Shown: positions 38,961 through 49,035, counted from the first letter of the stretch. The stretch: DNA of 64,000 bases from Desulfomonilia bacterium (GCA_963664325.2 CAXXDQ010000004.1:96001-160000), one strand, 5' to 3'. Notes: generated by a model not told the origin, from the sequence alone. Numbers and translations are program-made.

Positions 38961-39629
38961 TTAACTGTTCGATGCCATATTGCCTAACTTGTCCCTGTCA
39001 AGGATCTTTATTAACTTCCCGTTCAGTTCAAGGAGCCCTTCATCCTTAAAGCGCCTGAACGCCCGGGAAAGTGATTCGGGTGTCGTGCCGAGCAGCTTGG
39101 AAAGCTCCCTGTGCGTCATCCCCATCTGCAGCATGTCGGTCGCTCCCTGAAGGACGGATGCATGAAGCAGCCACGTGGCAAGCCTCTGCGGAACTTCCTT
39201 CATGGACAGCATTTCGATCAAATGCATGGTTTCTTTAAGCCTTTTGACGAGAACGCTCATTATATTCAGGAGAAGCGCAGGCTCCGATCTGGCAATCGAT
39301 TCCATGACTTCGGCGGGAAGTATGAGGATTCGAGTTTCGGTAAGAGCCGTGGCATCGGCAGGAAAGCTCCCGTCTTCCATGGCGGTCATGCAGAACGGCT
39401 CACCCGGGCCGAAGATATAAAGTGTCTGCTCATGGCCGTCCGGCGAAGACTTGAAGAGTTTTACACTGCCCCATACGACAATGAAAAAGGCCCTGACTCT
39501 GGTCGATGGGCCGGCAATAAGCTCTCCTGCTTTGTAGGTACGGTATATACCGCTTGAATTAAGCTTTTTCATATCATCTTCAGGCAGTCCGGCAAACAAC
39601 GGTATGTAATCGAGGAATCTGTCTTCCAT
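38961..39629 (-). CDS. Crp/Fnr family regulator (HcpR/Dnr-like)
   Basis: IPLFAGL, G.VKLFKSSPDGHEQ, GPGE, HTH LGTTPESLSR; start moved to ATG 39629 (SD GGGG). Confidence 0.88.
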   Translation of the reverse strand: MEDRFLDYIPLFAGLPEDDMKKLNSSGIYRTYKAGELIAGPSTRVRAFFIVVWGSVKLFKSSPDGHEQTLYIFGPGEPFCMTAMEDGSFPADATALTETRILILPAEVMESIARSEPALLLNIMSVLVKRLKETMHLIEMLSMKEVPQRLATWLLHASVLQGATDMLQMGMTHRELSKLLGTTPESLSRAFRRFKDEGLLELNGKLIKILDRDKLGNMASNS

Positions 39630-39644
39630 TAATTTCCCCCAAGC

Positions 39645-39658
39645 TTGATTCAGATCAA
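39645..39658. promoter_or_regulatory. FNR-type binding site
   Basis: TTGAT-TCAG-ATCAA between the divergent regulator and HesB-like genes. Confidence 0.75.
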
Positions 39659-39723
39659 TGCTCAAATGATAATGCTTGTGTAAACAATACCGATAGAGAA
39701 AGTAAAGACAAAAGGAGTAAATA

Positions 39724-40017
39724 ATGATCACAATTACCGAAAGCGGGAAGAATGCCCTGGGACTATATTTTAAAAACAGCCAGCCTAAACCCCTGCGAAT
39801 CTATATGATAGCTTCCTGAAGCGGAACCAGACTGGCGCTGGCTCAGGATGAGCCGGGAGAATTCGATAACGTGATAGAGGCGGAAGGTTTTAAGTTCGTA
39901 ATGGATAAAGACCTTGTTAAAATGGCCGGACCGATTACGATAGATACGAATCCTTATACGGGAAGCCCGAAGGTTATCTCGAGGATAACTCCGGGGAAAT
40001 CATCCTGTTCAAGATAG
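39724..40017 (+). CDS. HesB/IscA-like selenoprotein (97 aa, in-frame TGA at 39817-39819)
   Basis: SD AAGGAG; MITITESGKNAL...PLRIYMIAS-U-SGTRLALAQDEP...GFKFVMDKDL...PITID...C; absent from the ORF track. Confidence 0.82.
39838..39856 (+). promoter_or_regulatory. Bacterial SECIS-like hairpin
   Basis: CTGGCTCA-GGA-TGAGCCGG; loop starts 27 nt after the TGA and begins with G. Confidence 0.6.
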
Positions 40018-40018
40018 T

Positions 40019-40516
40019 TTATTTGTAAAGAAACACCATATCCGAAAGCTGCTTGCGCTTTGGAGGTTTTGGACACACACAGGGTTCTCCCATAGCGACT
40101 ATGGCCATGAGTTCGTAATCATCCGGGGCGCCAAGGAGTTTTTCAACCTTATCCCTGTTCTTGAGGATTTCTCCGATCCAGAGTCCGCCAAGACCGATGG
40201 AATGGATTGCGAGCAGCATATTCTGTATGCATGCGCCTATTGCCTGCAAGTCTTTGGTCCGGTCATAGCTTGAGGCATTGTCCATGAAAACCGCAATAAG
40301 TGCCCCAGCCGATTTCATGGGGCTGCCGTACTGAGTGAGGTCCGCTAGCCAGGCCTTTGTTTCGGGGTCCTTTATCACCGCGAATCTCCAGGGCTGGTTA
40401 TTCATCCCTGAAGGTGCCCATATCCCGGCCTCAATAGCATGCTTTATGGCTTCGTCCGGAACCGGTACCTTTTTAAACCTTCTTATACTGCGCCGGCTTT
40501 TTATTGTCTTAATCAT
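40019..40516 (-). CDS. Nitroreductase family protein
   Basis: RRSIRRF, APSGMNNQPWRF, QNMLLA...GLG. Confidence 0.9.
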   Translation of the reverse strand: MIKTIKSRRSIRRFKKVPVPDEAIKHAIEAGIWAPSGMNNQPWRFAVIKDPETKAWLADLTQYGSPMKSAGALIAVFMDNASSYDRTKDLQAIGACIQNMLLAIHSIGLGGLWIGEILKNRDKVEKLLGAPDDYELMAIVAMGEPCVCPKPPKRKQLSDMVFLYK

Positions 40517-41616
40517 TTTTTCCGCCCTTGGCCATCATGGCCAGATAAGCATCAATAAACGGATTTATATCACCGTCCATGACGGCCTGGACATTTCCGA
40601 TTTCCAGGTTTGTCCTGTGATCCTTAACCATCTGATAAGGCTGCATTACATATGAGCGAATCTGGCTGCCCCAGGCGATCTCCTTTTTTTCCTTGTGGAA
40701 TTCGTCCAGGCGTTCCTTCTGTTTCAAAACCTCGAGCTCATAAAGTTTTGACGCCAGGAGCTTCATGCAGAAGGCCTTGTTTTTATGCTGGCTTCGTTCA
40801 TTCTGGCAGGATACTACGATCCCCGTGGGCAGGTGCGTTATGCGAACGGCCGAATCGGTCTTGTTGACATGCTGGCCTCCGTGTCCCGAGGACCGGTATG
40901 TATCGATCCTGAGTTCCTTTTCATCAATCTGCACGTCAATGCTCAGGTCGACTTCCGGCGTAGCCATAACCGATGCGAATGAAGTGTGTCTTCGTGCGTT
41001 GGCGTCAAACGGAGAGATTCGGACAAGGCGGTGAACGCCGGTTTCGCATTTAAGATAACCGAAAGCCCATTCACCCGAAACTTCAACAGTAACGCTTTTT
41101 ATACCTGCTTCCTCATCCGAATATATGTCAATTATGTTCGTCTTGAACCCGTTCGATTCCGCCCATCTCAAGTACATGCGAAGAAGCATCTCCGCCCAGT
41201 CCTGGGCCTCGGTGCCTCCGGCCCCAGCATGTATTTCCAGAAAAGCGCTCCTGGAATCGTCAGGGCCAGAGAGTATATGCACAAGTTCGATTGAATGAGC
41301 TTTTTCCTCAAGATCGCTTAATGCAGCATCAATTTCACTCGCCATAGACTCGTCTTCATCCGCAAACTCTATCATGACCTGCAGGTCGTCCCACAGTTTT
41401 GAAAATGCATCCCACTGTTTTATTATGCTAGAAAACCTGGAACGCTCGGACTGAAGCTCGGTAAACCTGGGCCTGTCTTTCCATATTTCCGGATTGGACA
41501 AAAGTGAATCTATTTCTTCAATGCGGACCAGTTTTTTAGAGACTTCAAAGATAGCCCCGGATTGTTTCTATCTTCTCTGAAAGGCCATCAATGCGCATTT
41601 GGTAGTCGTTGATCAT
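40509..41616 (-). CDS. prfB: Peptide chain release factor 2 with programmed +1 frameshift
   Basis: ORF1 MINDYQ...RGYL-stop (CTT TGA at 41550-41545) continues in the +1 frame; GGTEAQDW, SPF, GGQ motifs. Confidence 0.95.
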
Positions 41617-41825
41617 GAGTGAAACTTCTACGCGCGTTGTTAATGCTTGTCAACGGGTAATGAAAATCATGAATCCTTTTATTTACGCCTTTTTCCCCCT
41701 TGACTTTGGCTCATAATTCTTCTAGTCAGGTCTTATTACCGGACAGACTCAAGTTTTTTAAGCTTGTCGATTGTCATTCAAGTAACTGACAAAAATCACG
41801 TCCAATTTATCCGAAAGGACAGCTT

Positions 41826-43073
41826 ATGCATTTAGAAGAACTGAAAATGAAAGGGCCAAAAGAGCTTTTGGAATCGGCGAATGCTCTTGAAATTGAAGGC
41901 TCGGCAACGATGTCAAGGCAGGAACTTATATTCGCCATCCTCCAGGCGACTGCCGAAAAAGAAGGCTACATATCAGGAGAAGGAATTCTTGAAATACTGC
42001 CCGACGGTTTCGGTTTCCTTCGTTCAGCGGACTGGAGCTATCTCCCGGGCCCGGATGATATATATGTCTCCCCTTCACAGATACGCCGCTTCAACATGAA
42101 GGTCGGCGACAAGGTTAGGGGTCAGATCAGGCCTCCAAAAGACGGCGAGAGATATTTTGCGCTTCTCAAACTCGAAAATATTAACGAATCTCCCATTGAA
42201 GAGGCCAAGCACAGGGTGCCCTTTGACGGGCTTACCCCTCTTTACCCGGAAGAGCGTTTTACCCTCGAAACGAAACACGATAACCTTACCGGAAGGACCC
42301 TCGACCTCCTTGCGCCCATCGGCAAAGGACAGCGCGGCCTTATCGTTTCTCCCCCCAAAGCCGGAAAGACCATGATGCTTCAGGCCATAGCCAACAGTAT
42401 CACCGCGAATCATCCGGAAGTTATTCTTATGGTCCTTCTTATTGATGAAAGGCCCGAAGAAGTTACGGATATGCAGCGCTCTGTAAAGGGTGAGGTCATT
42501 GCCTCGACGTTTGACGAACCCGCTTCCCGCCATGTCCAGGTTGCACGCATGGTTATTGAAAAAGCCAAAAGATTTGTCGAATACAAGAAGGACGTGGTAA
42601 TCCTGCTTGACTCGCTGACCAGGCTTGCCCGGGCGCACAACACGGTTTGCCCTCCCTCCGGAAAACTCCTCTCGGGCGGGATTGATGCCAATGCCCTGCA
42701 GAAACCCAAGCGCTTTTTCGGAACCGCAAGGAATATCGAGGAGGGCGGGAGCATAACAATCATTGCGACAGCGCTTATCGATACTGGTTCGAGAATGGAT
42801 GAGGTTATTTATGAGGAATTCAAGGGCACAGGCAACTGTGAAATTCACCTTGACCGGACTATAATGGAAAGAAGGATTTTCCCGGCTTTCGATATCTCAA
42901 AATCCGGCACGAGAAAAGAGGAACTGCTCATACCTCAGGAGCAGCTTGACCGCATCTGGATACTCAGAAAACTTCTGGGTCCGCTGAACCCGGTTGACAG
43001 CATTGAATTTTTGCTGGACAAACTCTCAAAGACAGATAATAATGCGCACTTCCTTGAAGTAATGAATAAGTAA
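41826..43073 (+). CDS. rho: Transcription termination factor Rho
   Basis: [41 protein letters not shown]. Confidence 0.98.
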   Translation: MHLEELKMKGPKELLESANALEIEGSATMSRQELIFAILQATAEKEGYISGEGILEILPDGFGFLRSADWSYLPGPDDIYVSPSQIRRFNMKVGDKVRGQIRPPKDGERYFALLKLENINESPIEEAKHRVPFDGLTPLYPEERFTLETKHDNLTGRTLDLLAPIGKGQRGLIVSPPKAGKTMMLQAIANSITANHPEVILMVLLIDERPEEVTDMQRSVKGEVIASTFDEPASRHVQVARMVIEKAKRFVEYKKDVVILLDSLTRLARAHNTVCPPSGKLLSGGIDANALQKPKRFFGTARNIEEGGSITIIATALIDTGSRMDEVIYEEFKGTGNCEIHLDRTIMERRIFPAFDISKSGTRKEELLIPQEQLDRIWILRKLLGPLNPVDSIEFLLDKLSKTDNNAHFLEVMNK

Positions 43074-43086
43074 GGAGAAAGCTACA

Positions 43087-43308
43087 ATGAAGAAGGATAT
43101 ACATCCCAAGTACGAAGAGGCAACAGTTACCTGTGCATGCGGTAACAACTTTAAAACCCGTTCAACTATGAGCGACATCAGGGTCGAAATCTGCAGCGCC
43201 TGTCACCCGTTCTATACGGGTCAGCAGAGAACTTCTGCAACGGCAGGCAAATCCGAACTGTTCCGCAGGAAATACGGCAATTACCTGAAAAAGGACAAAC
43301 AGCAATAA
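43087..43308 (+). CDS. rpmE: 50S ribosomal protein L31 (Zn-binding type)
   Basis: [23 protein letters not shown]. Confidence 0.97.
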   Translation: MKKDIHPKYEEATVTCACGNNFKTRSTMSDIRVEICSACHPFYTGQQRTSATAGKSELFRRKYGNYLKKDKQQ

Positions 43309-43320
43309 TCTCCTGCTTTC

Positions 43321-43345
43321 AAGGGCCCCGTTCAGCGGGGTCTTT
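43321..43345 (+). terminator. Intrinsic terminator-like hairpin after rpmE
   Basis: AAGGGCCCCG-ttcag-CGGGGTCTTT. Confidence 0.55.
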
Positions 43346-43368
43346 GATTAAGAAGACAATAACCGAAT

Positions 43369-44436
43369 ATGCTGGAAAGACTGAAGGAGATAGAGAGGAG
43401 ATATACCGAGCTCTCAGATCTTCTTGCCGATCCCGAGCTTATCAATGACCGTGAGAAGTATACCAGGTCGACAAAAGAACATTCAGGGCTTGAAGAGTAT
43501 GTTGTGCCGTATCGCAGGCTCAAGGTACTCCATGAAGAAATAAAGGCCCATGAATCAATGCTTCAAGACCCCGATCCGGAGATGCGTGACCTTGTCCGGG
43601 AGGAGCTTGACGACCTGAATGAAGAAAGAGCCTCACTGGAAAACTCCCTCAAAATGCTTTTCATTCCCAAAGACCCGAACGATGCCAGAAATGTAATCCT
43701 GGAGGTAAGGGCAGGTACGGGGGGTGAAGAGGCCGCACTTTTTGCGGCAGACCTTTTCAGAATGTATTCCCGTTATGCGGAATCAAAAAGATGGAACATC
43801 GAGATTCTGAACCTGAACGATACCGGCAAAGGCGGCATAAAAGAGGTAATCGCCGGTATCAGCGGTAAAAACGTTTATTCCAGGCTGAAATATGAAAGCG
43901 GCGTTCACCGTGTACAGCGCGTTCCCGAGACCGAGGCATCGGGGAGAATACATACTTCCGCGGTGACGGTCGCGGTCCTGCCCGAAGCGGAAGATGTCGA
44001 CCTTGAAATATCCCCTGCAGATTTGAGGATCGATACCTACAGGGCGAGCGGTTCGGGAGGCCAGCATGTCAACAAGACTGAAAGCGCTGTCAGGATAACC
44101 CACATCCCTACCGGCGTTGTAGTCACATGCCAGGATGAGAAGAGCCAGCACAAGAATAAAGACAAGGCAATGAAGGTGCTGCGCTCCAGGCTGCTCCAGA
44201 AGATGCAGGAAGACCAGGACCAGGAGATAGCTGCTGAAAGGCGTTTGCAGGTTGGCTCCGGCGACCGCAGCGAACGGATCAGGACGTATAATTTCCCCCA
44301 GGGACGTGTTACCGATCACCGAATAAACCTTACATTGCATAAACTCACATCCATTCTCGAAGGCGAAGTAGACGAACTTATCAATGCCCTTGCGGCAGAG
44401 GCTCAATCACAGGCTCTGAAAGGATCATCCGCCTGA
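43369..44436 (+). CDS. prfA: Peptide chain release factor 1
   Basis: [21 protein letters not shown] (PxT), [12 protein letters not shown]. Confidence 0.97.
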   Translation: MLERLKEIERRYTELSDLLADPELINDREKYTRSTKEHSGLEEYVVPYRRLKVLHEEIKAHESMLQDPDPEMRDLVREELDDLNEERASLENSLKMLFIPKDPNDARNVILEVRAGTGGEEAALFAADLFRMYSRYAESKRWNIEILNLNDTGKGGIKEVIAGISGKNVYSRLKYESGVHRVQRVPETEASGRIHTSAVTVAVLPEAEDVDLEISPADLRIDTYRASGSGGQHVNKTESAVRITHIPTGVVVTCQDEKSQHKNKDKAMKVLRSRLLQKMQEDQDQEIAAERRLQVGSGDRSERIRTYNFPQGRVTDHRINLTLHKLTSILEGEVDELINALAAEAQSQALKGSSA

Positions 44437-45290
44437 TGATCGACTGGACAACCAGGGCGGCCCTTGAATGGGCATCCGGCCTCTTTGACGGTAATGACTC
44501 CGCGTCCGCAGGCCTGGATGCCGAGTTGCTTTTATGCCATACCATGGGGCTCAGGCGGGTCGATCTCTACATAGACACCGAAAGGCCCCTTACACCCGAA
44601 GAACGCGATATATATATGTCATATGTCTTCAGACGCGTGAAAGGCGAACCTGTTGCCTACATTACCAGGGAAAAAGAGTTCTACGGACTGTCTTTCGAGG
44701 TCGGTCCCGGCGTATTGATCCCGAGGCCCGAAACTGAACTGCTTGTTGAAAAAACCCTTGAACTGGCTCCTCACGGGTCCACCGTCATTGAAATTGGAAC
44801 AGGGTCGGGGGCCGTAATAATCTCTGTCCTGGTTTGCAGGAAGGATCTCAAAGGAGTTGCGACAGACATCAGCAGGAATGCCCTTCTTATCGCAAAAAAA
44901 AATGCCCTCAGGCACAACGTGGACAAAAGGATCACATTTGCAGTTGCCGATGCGATCGAAGCCATCGGTGAAAATTCCCGGGTAATAGTCATGAACCCTC
45001 CATATGTGTCCGAGGAGGACTTCGGCCTGCTGTCTAGGGACATACTTAAATTCGAGCCGGGGTGCGCTTTGTTTGGCGGAGTTGACGGGATGAATGTAAT
45101 CAACAAGGTTATTAAAAGACTTGATTCATGCCTGAGTCCCGGCGGAATACTGATCATGGAGACAGGCTATGACCAGCAGGAAAAAACTAATGCCGTCTGC
45201 AGGAATAATGAAAATTTAATAATCAGGCAATGGCTTAATGACCTTGCGGGCAGACCAAGGGTGGTCATTATTGAGAAGGCCGCGACCTGA
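44436..45290 (+). CDS. prmC: Release factor glutamine methyltransferase
   Basis: GEPVAY, LIPRPETE, GTGSG, NPPY; follows prfA. Confidence 0.95.
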   Translation: MIDWTTRAALEWASGLFDGNDSASAGLDAELLLCHTMGLRRVDLYIDTERPLTPEERDIYMSYVFRRVKGEPVAYITREKEFYGLSFEVGPGVLIPRPETELLVEKTLELAPHGSTVIEIGTGSGAVIISVLVCRKDLKGVATDISRNALLIAKKNALRHNVDKRITFAVADAIEAIGENSRVIVMNPPYVSEEDFGLLSRDILKFEPGCALFGGVDGMNVINKVIKRLDSCLSPGGILIMETGYDQQEKTNAVCRNNENLIIRQWLNDLAGRPRVVIIEKAAT

Positions 45291-45708
45291 TTTCATCAAG
45301 CCACAGTATAATTCTTCTCTTTACTTTATCCCGCACCTCTCGAAACTTTTTGATTTTTTCATCTTCACTCCCGGCAAACGCTGCCGGATCATCGAAGTCC
45401 CAGTGAATCCTCGTCCCGATCCCCGGGAAAACCGACGGACAGTTCCTGTCCGCATTGCCGCATACCGTGATAACATAGCTGAAATGCATTTTGCCCATAT
45501 ATTCGTCAAGATGCTTGGACCGGTGAGATTTTAAATCAATCCCCTCTTCTTTCATAACTTTAATGGCTAAAGGGTGTATTCCTTTGGGTTCAAGACCTGC
45601 GCTGAACACATCAAACCCGTCTCCCCCGAATTTCCTGAGAAAGCCTTCCGCCATCTGAGATCTGGCCGAATTGCCTGTACAAAGAAAAAGCACCTGAATT
45701 CGGTTCAT
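45268..45708 (-). CDS. arsC: Arsenate reductase (thioredoxin-coupled, LMW-PTP fold)
   Basis: CTGNSARSQMAEG, TVC...CP, HWDFDDPA, FREVRD. Confidence 0.88.
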   Translation of the reverse strand: MNRIQVLFLCTGNSARSQMAEGFLRKFGGDGFDVFSAGLEPKGIHPLAIKVMKEEGIDLKSHRSKHLDEYMGKMHFSYVITVCGNADRNCPSVFPGIGTRIHWDFDDPAAFAGSEDEKIKKFREVRDKVKRRIILWLDEIRSRPSQ

Positions 45709-45747
45709 TTTTTCCTTCCTGATTATAGAATGTATTGACATGGGAAT

Positions 45748-45764
45748 GTTAAGTTTTGATTAAG
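45748..45764 (-). promoter_or_regulatory. Pho-box-like pair pointing toward arsC
   Basis: Minus strand CTTAATcaaaaCTTAAC, 11-bp spacing. Confidence 0.45.
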
Positions 45765-45915
45765 ACAGATACAGATTTTTCTTGCCCTTACAAATTTTTT
45801 TACATCTAAATGTTAATATACAAGACATCAAGATAGTGATAGTCCATTAAAAAAATAAGTAGCATCATGCTTGTTCATGCACGAAAGAAAGCACCTGTAT
45901 CTGGAGGCTCTACAA

Positions 45916-46935
45916 ATGACTTTTAGTATCATATTCCTGGTTGCGCTTGCGCTCCTGTTTGATTTTTTAAATGGATTCAATGATTCCGCCAACTCTATCG
46001 CAACCATTGTGTCCACCAGAGTACTTACCCCTGGCCATGCAGTAATCTGGGCTGCATTTTTCAATTTCATAGCTTTTTTATTCTTTGGACTCCATGTTGC
46101 AAACACTATAGGCAAAGGCATAATAGATATATCCATCATCAGCCCGCAGGTAATTTTTGCGACCCTTATAGGCGCCTGCATGTGGGATATAATCGCTTGG
46201 TATCTGGGGCTTCCGACAAGTTCTTCGCATGCGCTCATCGGAGGCATGGTCGGCGCGGCGCTCATCAAGAAAGGATTCAGTGCGCTGGTCCTGCCGGGTA
46301 TAATAAAGACGGTTGCATTTATTTTCATATGTCCGATTGTCGGGATGATATTCGGACTGATAATAGGAACCATTATCCACTGGCTGTTCAGGAAGACGAC
46401 TCCCCTTCAGGTCGACAGTGTCTTCAGGAAGGGTCAGCTTATTTCGGCTGCACTATACAGTCTTAACCACGGAGGGAATGATGCGCAGAAGACAATGGGC
46501 ATCATATTCGTTCTGCTAATGAACGCAGGATTGATAACCGTGCTTCCAACAAACGTCTGGGATACCAAGCCCATTGAGCTTCTAGTGATCTTCGCATGCC
46601 AGAGTTCAATCGCACTAGGCACCATATTCGGAGGATGGAGAATAGTAAAGACCATGGGACAGAAGGTCACTAAATTAAGGCCGGTAGACGGCTTCTGCGC
46701 CGAGACCGGGGCTGCCACAGCACTTCTCATATCCACGACGATGGGAGTCCCGGTAAGTACGACCCACACGATCACGGGTGCGATAATGGGAGTTGGATCC
46801 CTTAAACGCTTTAGCGCGGTAAGATGGGGGGTCGCGGGAAAGATCATGTGGGCATGGGTTCTCACCATACCATGTGCGGCAACTGTTTCTGCTCTCACTT
46901 ATATGCTAGTTGCAGCCTTTGGACTGTTTTCTTAA
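45916..46935 (+). CDS. pit: Inorganic phosphate transporter (PiT family), copy 1
   Basis: GFNDSANSIAT, GLPTSSSHA, HGGNDAQK, PVSTTH; ATG 45916 with GGAGG. Confidence 0.92.
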   Translation: MTFSIIFLVALALLFDFLNGFNDSANSIATIVSTRVLTPGHAVIWAAFFNFIAFLFFGLHVANTIGKGIIDISIISPQVIFATLIGACMWDIIAWYLGLPTSSSHALIGGMVGAALIKKGFSALVLPGIIKTVAFIFICPIVGMIFGLIIGTIIHWLFRKTTPLQVDSVFRKGQLISAALYSLNHGGNDAQKTMGIIFVLLMNAGLITVLPTNVWDTKPIELLVIFACQSSIALGTIFGGWRIVKTMGQKVTKLRPVDGFCAETGAATALLISTTMGVPVSTTHTITGAIMGVGSLKRFSAVRWGVAGKIMWAWVLTIPCAATVSALTYMLVAAFGLFS

Positions 46936-46974
46936 CCAAAAATTAACAGAATCTTAATCTTACCTTAATTGCTA
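46931..46974 (+). promoter_or_regulatory. Pho-box-like array (4 x 11 bp)
   Basis: cTTAAccaaaa aTTAAcagaat cTTAAtcttac cTTAAttgcta. Confidence 0.65.
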
Positions 46975-47084
46975 AAGTCTACCTCCATTTAAAAAAATGG
47001 AGGATTAAATTTTGATTGTAACAAAAAGCATTTGTTCATTAAATCATAAGAAAAGTGACACTTTCCTGGTGCCGGTAGTATAAA

Positions 47085-48101
47085 ATGACATCCGCCATAA
47101 TCTTTCTGATAGCCCTCGCCTTGCTGTTTGATTTTCTAAACGGCTTTCATGACTCTGCAAACTCGATTGCGACAATCGTATCAACAAGGGTGCTGACCCC
47201 TCAACGGGCTGTCATTTGGGCGGCATTCTTCAATTTCATAGCATTCATATTTCTCGGCCTTCATGTGGCGGATACGATCGGCAAGATAATAAAGCCTGAG
47301 TATGTTGATGTCTACATCATCCTTGCCACACTTGTAGGGGCATGCCTCTGGGATGTCCTGACCTGGTGGCTCGGTCTCCCGACAAGCTCTTCCCATGCGC
47401 TTATCGGAGGGATGATAGGGGCGGCCGTTGTAAAAGCCGTTTCGAACACGCTTGTAATTAGCAACCTGCTCAATTTCAAAGCAATAATCAAGACAGTCAT
47501 ATTCATATTTATTTCCCCTGCCGCCGGTCTTATTCTCGGACTCCTCATCGGCACTCTTGTAATGTGGATCTTCAGGAAGGCCACCCCCAGAAAGGTTGAC
47601 CACATCTTCCGCAAGGGCCAGCTAGTATCCGCAGCGCTCTACAGTCTGGGGCACGGCGGCAACGATGCGCAGAAAACCATGGGGATCATTTTTGTTCTCC
47701 TTATGAATGCCGGAGTCATAAGCGTACTCCCGACAAATGTCTGGAACACCAACAGGATAGAATTCATAGTAATCATCTCGTGCCAGATCGCAATAGCCAT
47801 TGGCACCATGTTCGGCGGGTGGCGGATTGTAAAAACCATGGGCCAGAGGGTTACGAAACTGCGGCCTGTGGACGGCTTCTGCGCGGAAACCGGGGCAGCA
47901 ATATCCCTGTTTATCGCAACCATGCTGGGCGCTCCTGTGAGCACGACGCACACTATAACAGGTGCGATAATGGGCGTCGGATCGCTCAAGAGACTGAGTG
48001 CCGTCAGATGGGGCGTAGCGGGAAAAATAATCTGGGCCTGGATACTTACAATCCCGGGAGCGGCCGTAATATCTGCTATAACCTATGCCCTGGTCCGATA
48101 G
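47085..48101 (+). CDS. pit: Inorganic phosphate transporter (PiT family), copy 2
   Basis: GFHDSANSIAT, GLPTSSSHA, HGGNDAQK, PVSTTH. Confidence 0.92.
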   Translation: MTSAIIFLIALALLFDFLNGFHDSANSIATIVSTRVLTPQRAVIWAAFFNFIAFIFLGLHVADTIGKIIKPEYVDVYIILATLVGACLWDVLTWWLGLPTSSSHALIGGMIGAAVVKAVSNTLVISNLLNFKAIIKTVIFIFISPAAGLILGLLIGTLVMWIFRKATPRKVDHIFRKGQLVSAALYSLGHGGNDAQKTMGIIFVLLMNAGVISVLPTNVWNTNRIEFIVIISCQIAIAIGTMFGGWRIVKTMGQRVTKLRPVDGFCAETGAAISLFIATMLGAPVSTTHTITGAIMGVGSLKRLSAVRWGVAGKIIWAWILTIPGAAVISAITYALVR

Positions 48102-48117
48102 CTGCCGCGCACTCATT

Positions 48118-48161
48118 CTTCATCATATTTTAACAGCTAATTTATATTTTCTTAACCGGCC
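48118..48161 (+). promoter_or_regulatory. Pho-box-like array upstream of pstS
   Basis: cTTCATcatat tTTAACagcta aTTTATatttt cTTAACcggcc, 11-bp phase. Confidence 0.65.
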
Positions 48162-48196
48162 CCGACTAAATATCTCATCAAAAACAGGAGGTACAC

Positions 48197-49021
48197 ATGA
48201 AACGATTCATTAAGGCCATGGCGCTGACTTTGATTTTCTCTCTATCAATATCAGCCGGCACATTATTCGCAGCAGCAAAGACAATCACAATGAAAGGCTC
48301 CACCACTGTCCTTCCCATAGCCCAGGCAACTGCCGAGGCTTTCATGGAAAAGAATCCATCCACCAACATATCCGTCCAGGGCGGCGGTTCAGGTGTGGGG
48401 GTAACATCCCTGATCGACGGAACCTGCGACATTGCCGATTCTTCCAGACAGATAAAACCCGAAGAAATCGAAAAGGCAAAATCAAAAGGTGTTGACGTAA
48501 ATGAAATCAAGATAGCAATGGACGGTATTGCGGTAATAGTAAATCCACAGAACAAAATAAAGGCCATTACGAAACAGCAGATAAAAGACATTTATACCGG
48601 AAAGGTTTCAGACTGGTCGGAACTTGGCGGAGCGCCAGGAAAAATCGTTGTCCTTTCACGCGACACCTCAAGCGGCACATATGAGGCATTTGAAGTGCTT
48701 GCCCTCAACAAGGAAAAGGTCAGAGCGGACGCCCTTATCAACGCATCCAACCAGGCCATTGCATCAACGGTAGGCACAACCCCGGGTGCAATAGGATATG
48801 TCGGACACGGCTATCTTTCAAAGAAGGTCAAGGATTTAACGGTTGACGGTGTGAAATGCACGAAGGAAACCATACTTTCAGGAAAATACGGACTTTCAAG
48901 ACCCCTGTTCATGTATACAAACGGCAAGCCATCGGGCGATATAAAGAAATTCACAGATTTCGTTCTCGGGAAGGAGGGCCAGAAGATCGTTGAAGAAGAA
49001 GGTTTTGTCGGGCTTAAGTAA
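48197..49021 (+). CDS. pstS: Phosphate ABC transporter substrate-binding protein
   Basis: GSTTVLP, GGGSGVG, RDTSSGT, SRPLFMY. Confidence 0.95.
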   Translation: MKRFIKAMALTLIFSLSISAGTLFAAAKTITMKGSTTVLPIAQATAEAFMEKNPSTNISVQGGGSGVGVTSLIDGTCDIADSSRQIKPEEIEKAKSKGVDVNEIKIAMDGIAVIVNPQNKIKAITKQQIKDIYTGKVSDWSELGGAPGKIVVLSRDTSSGTYEAFEVLALNKEKVRADALINASNQAIASTVGTTPGAIGYVGHGYLSKKVKDLTVDGVKCTKETILSGKYGLSRPLFMYTNGKPSGDIKKFTDFVLGKEGQKIVEEEGFVGLK

Positions 49022-49035
49022 TTCCGTACTGCCGC

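Noticed and set aside
39630-39731. N-terminal extension of the Crp/Fnr ORF with Cys/His residues
   Set aside because: Covers the FNR box and the SD/start of the divergent selenoprotein gene; ATG 39629 fits the family better
40509-41616. prfB as a truncated gene or pseudogene
   Set aside because: Explained by the known programmed +1 frameshift at CTT-TGA
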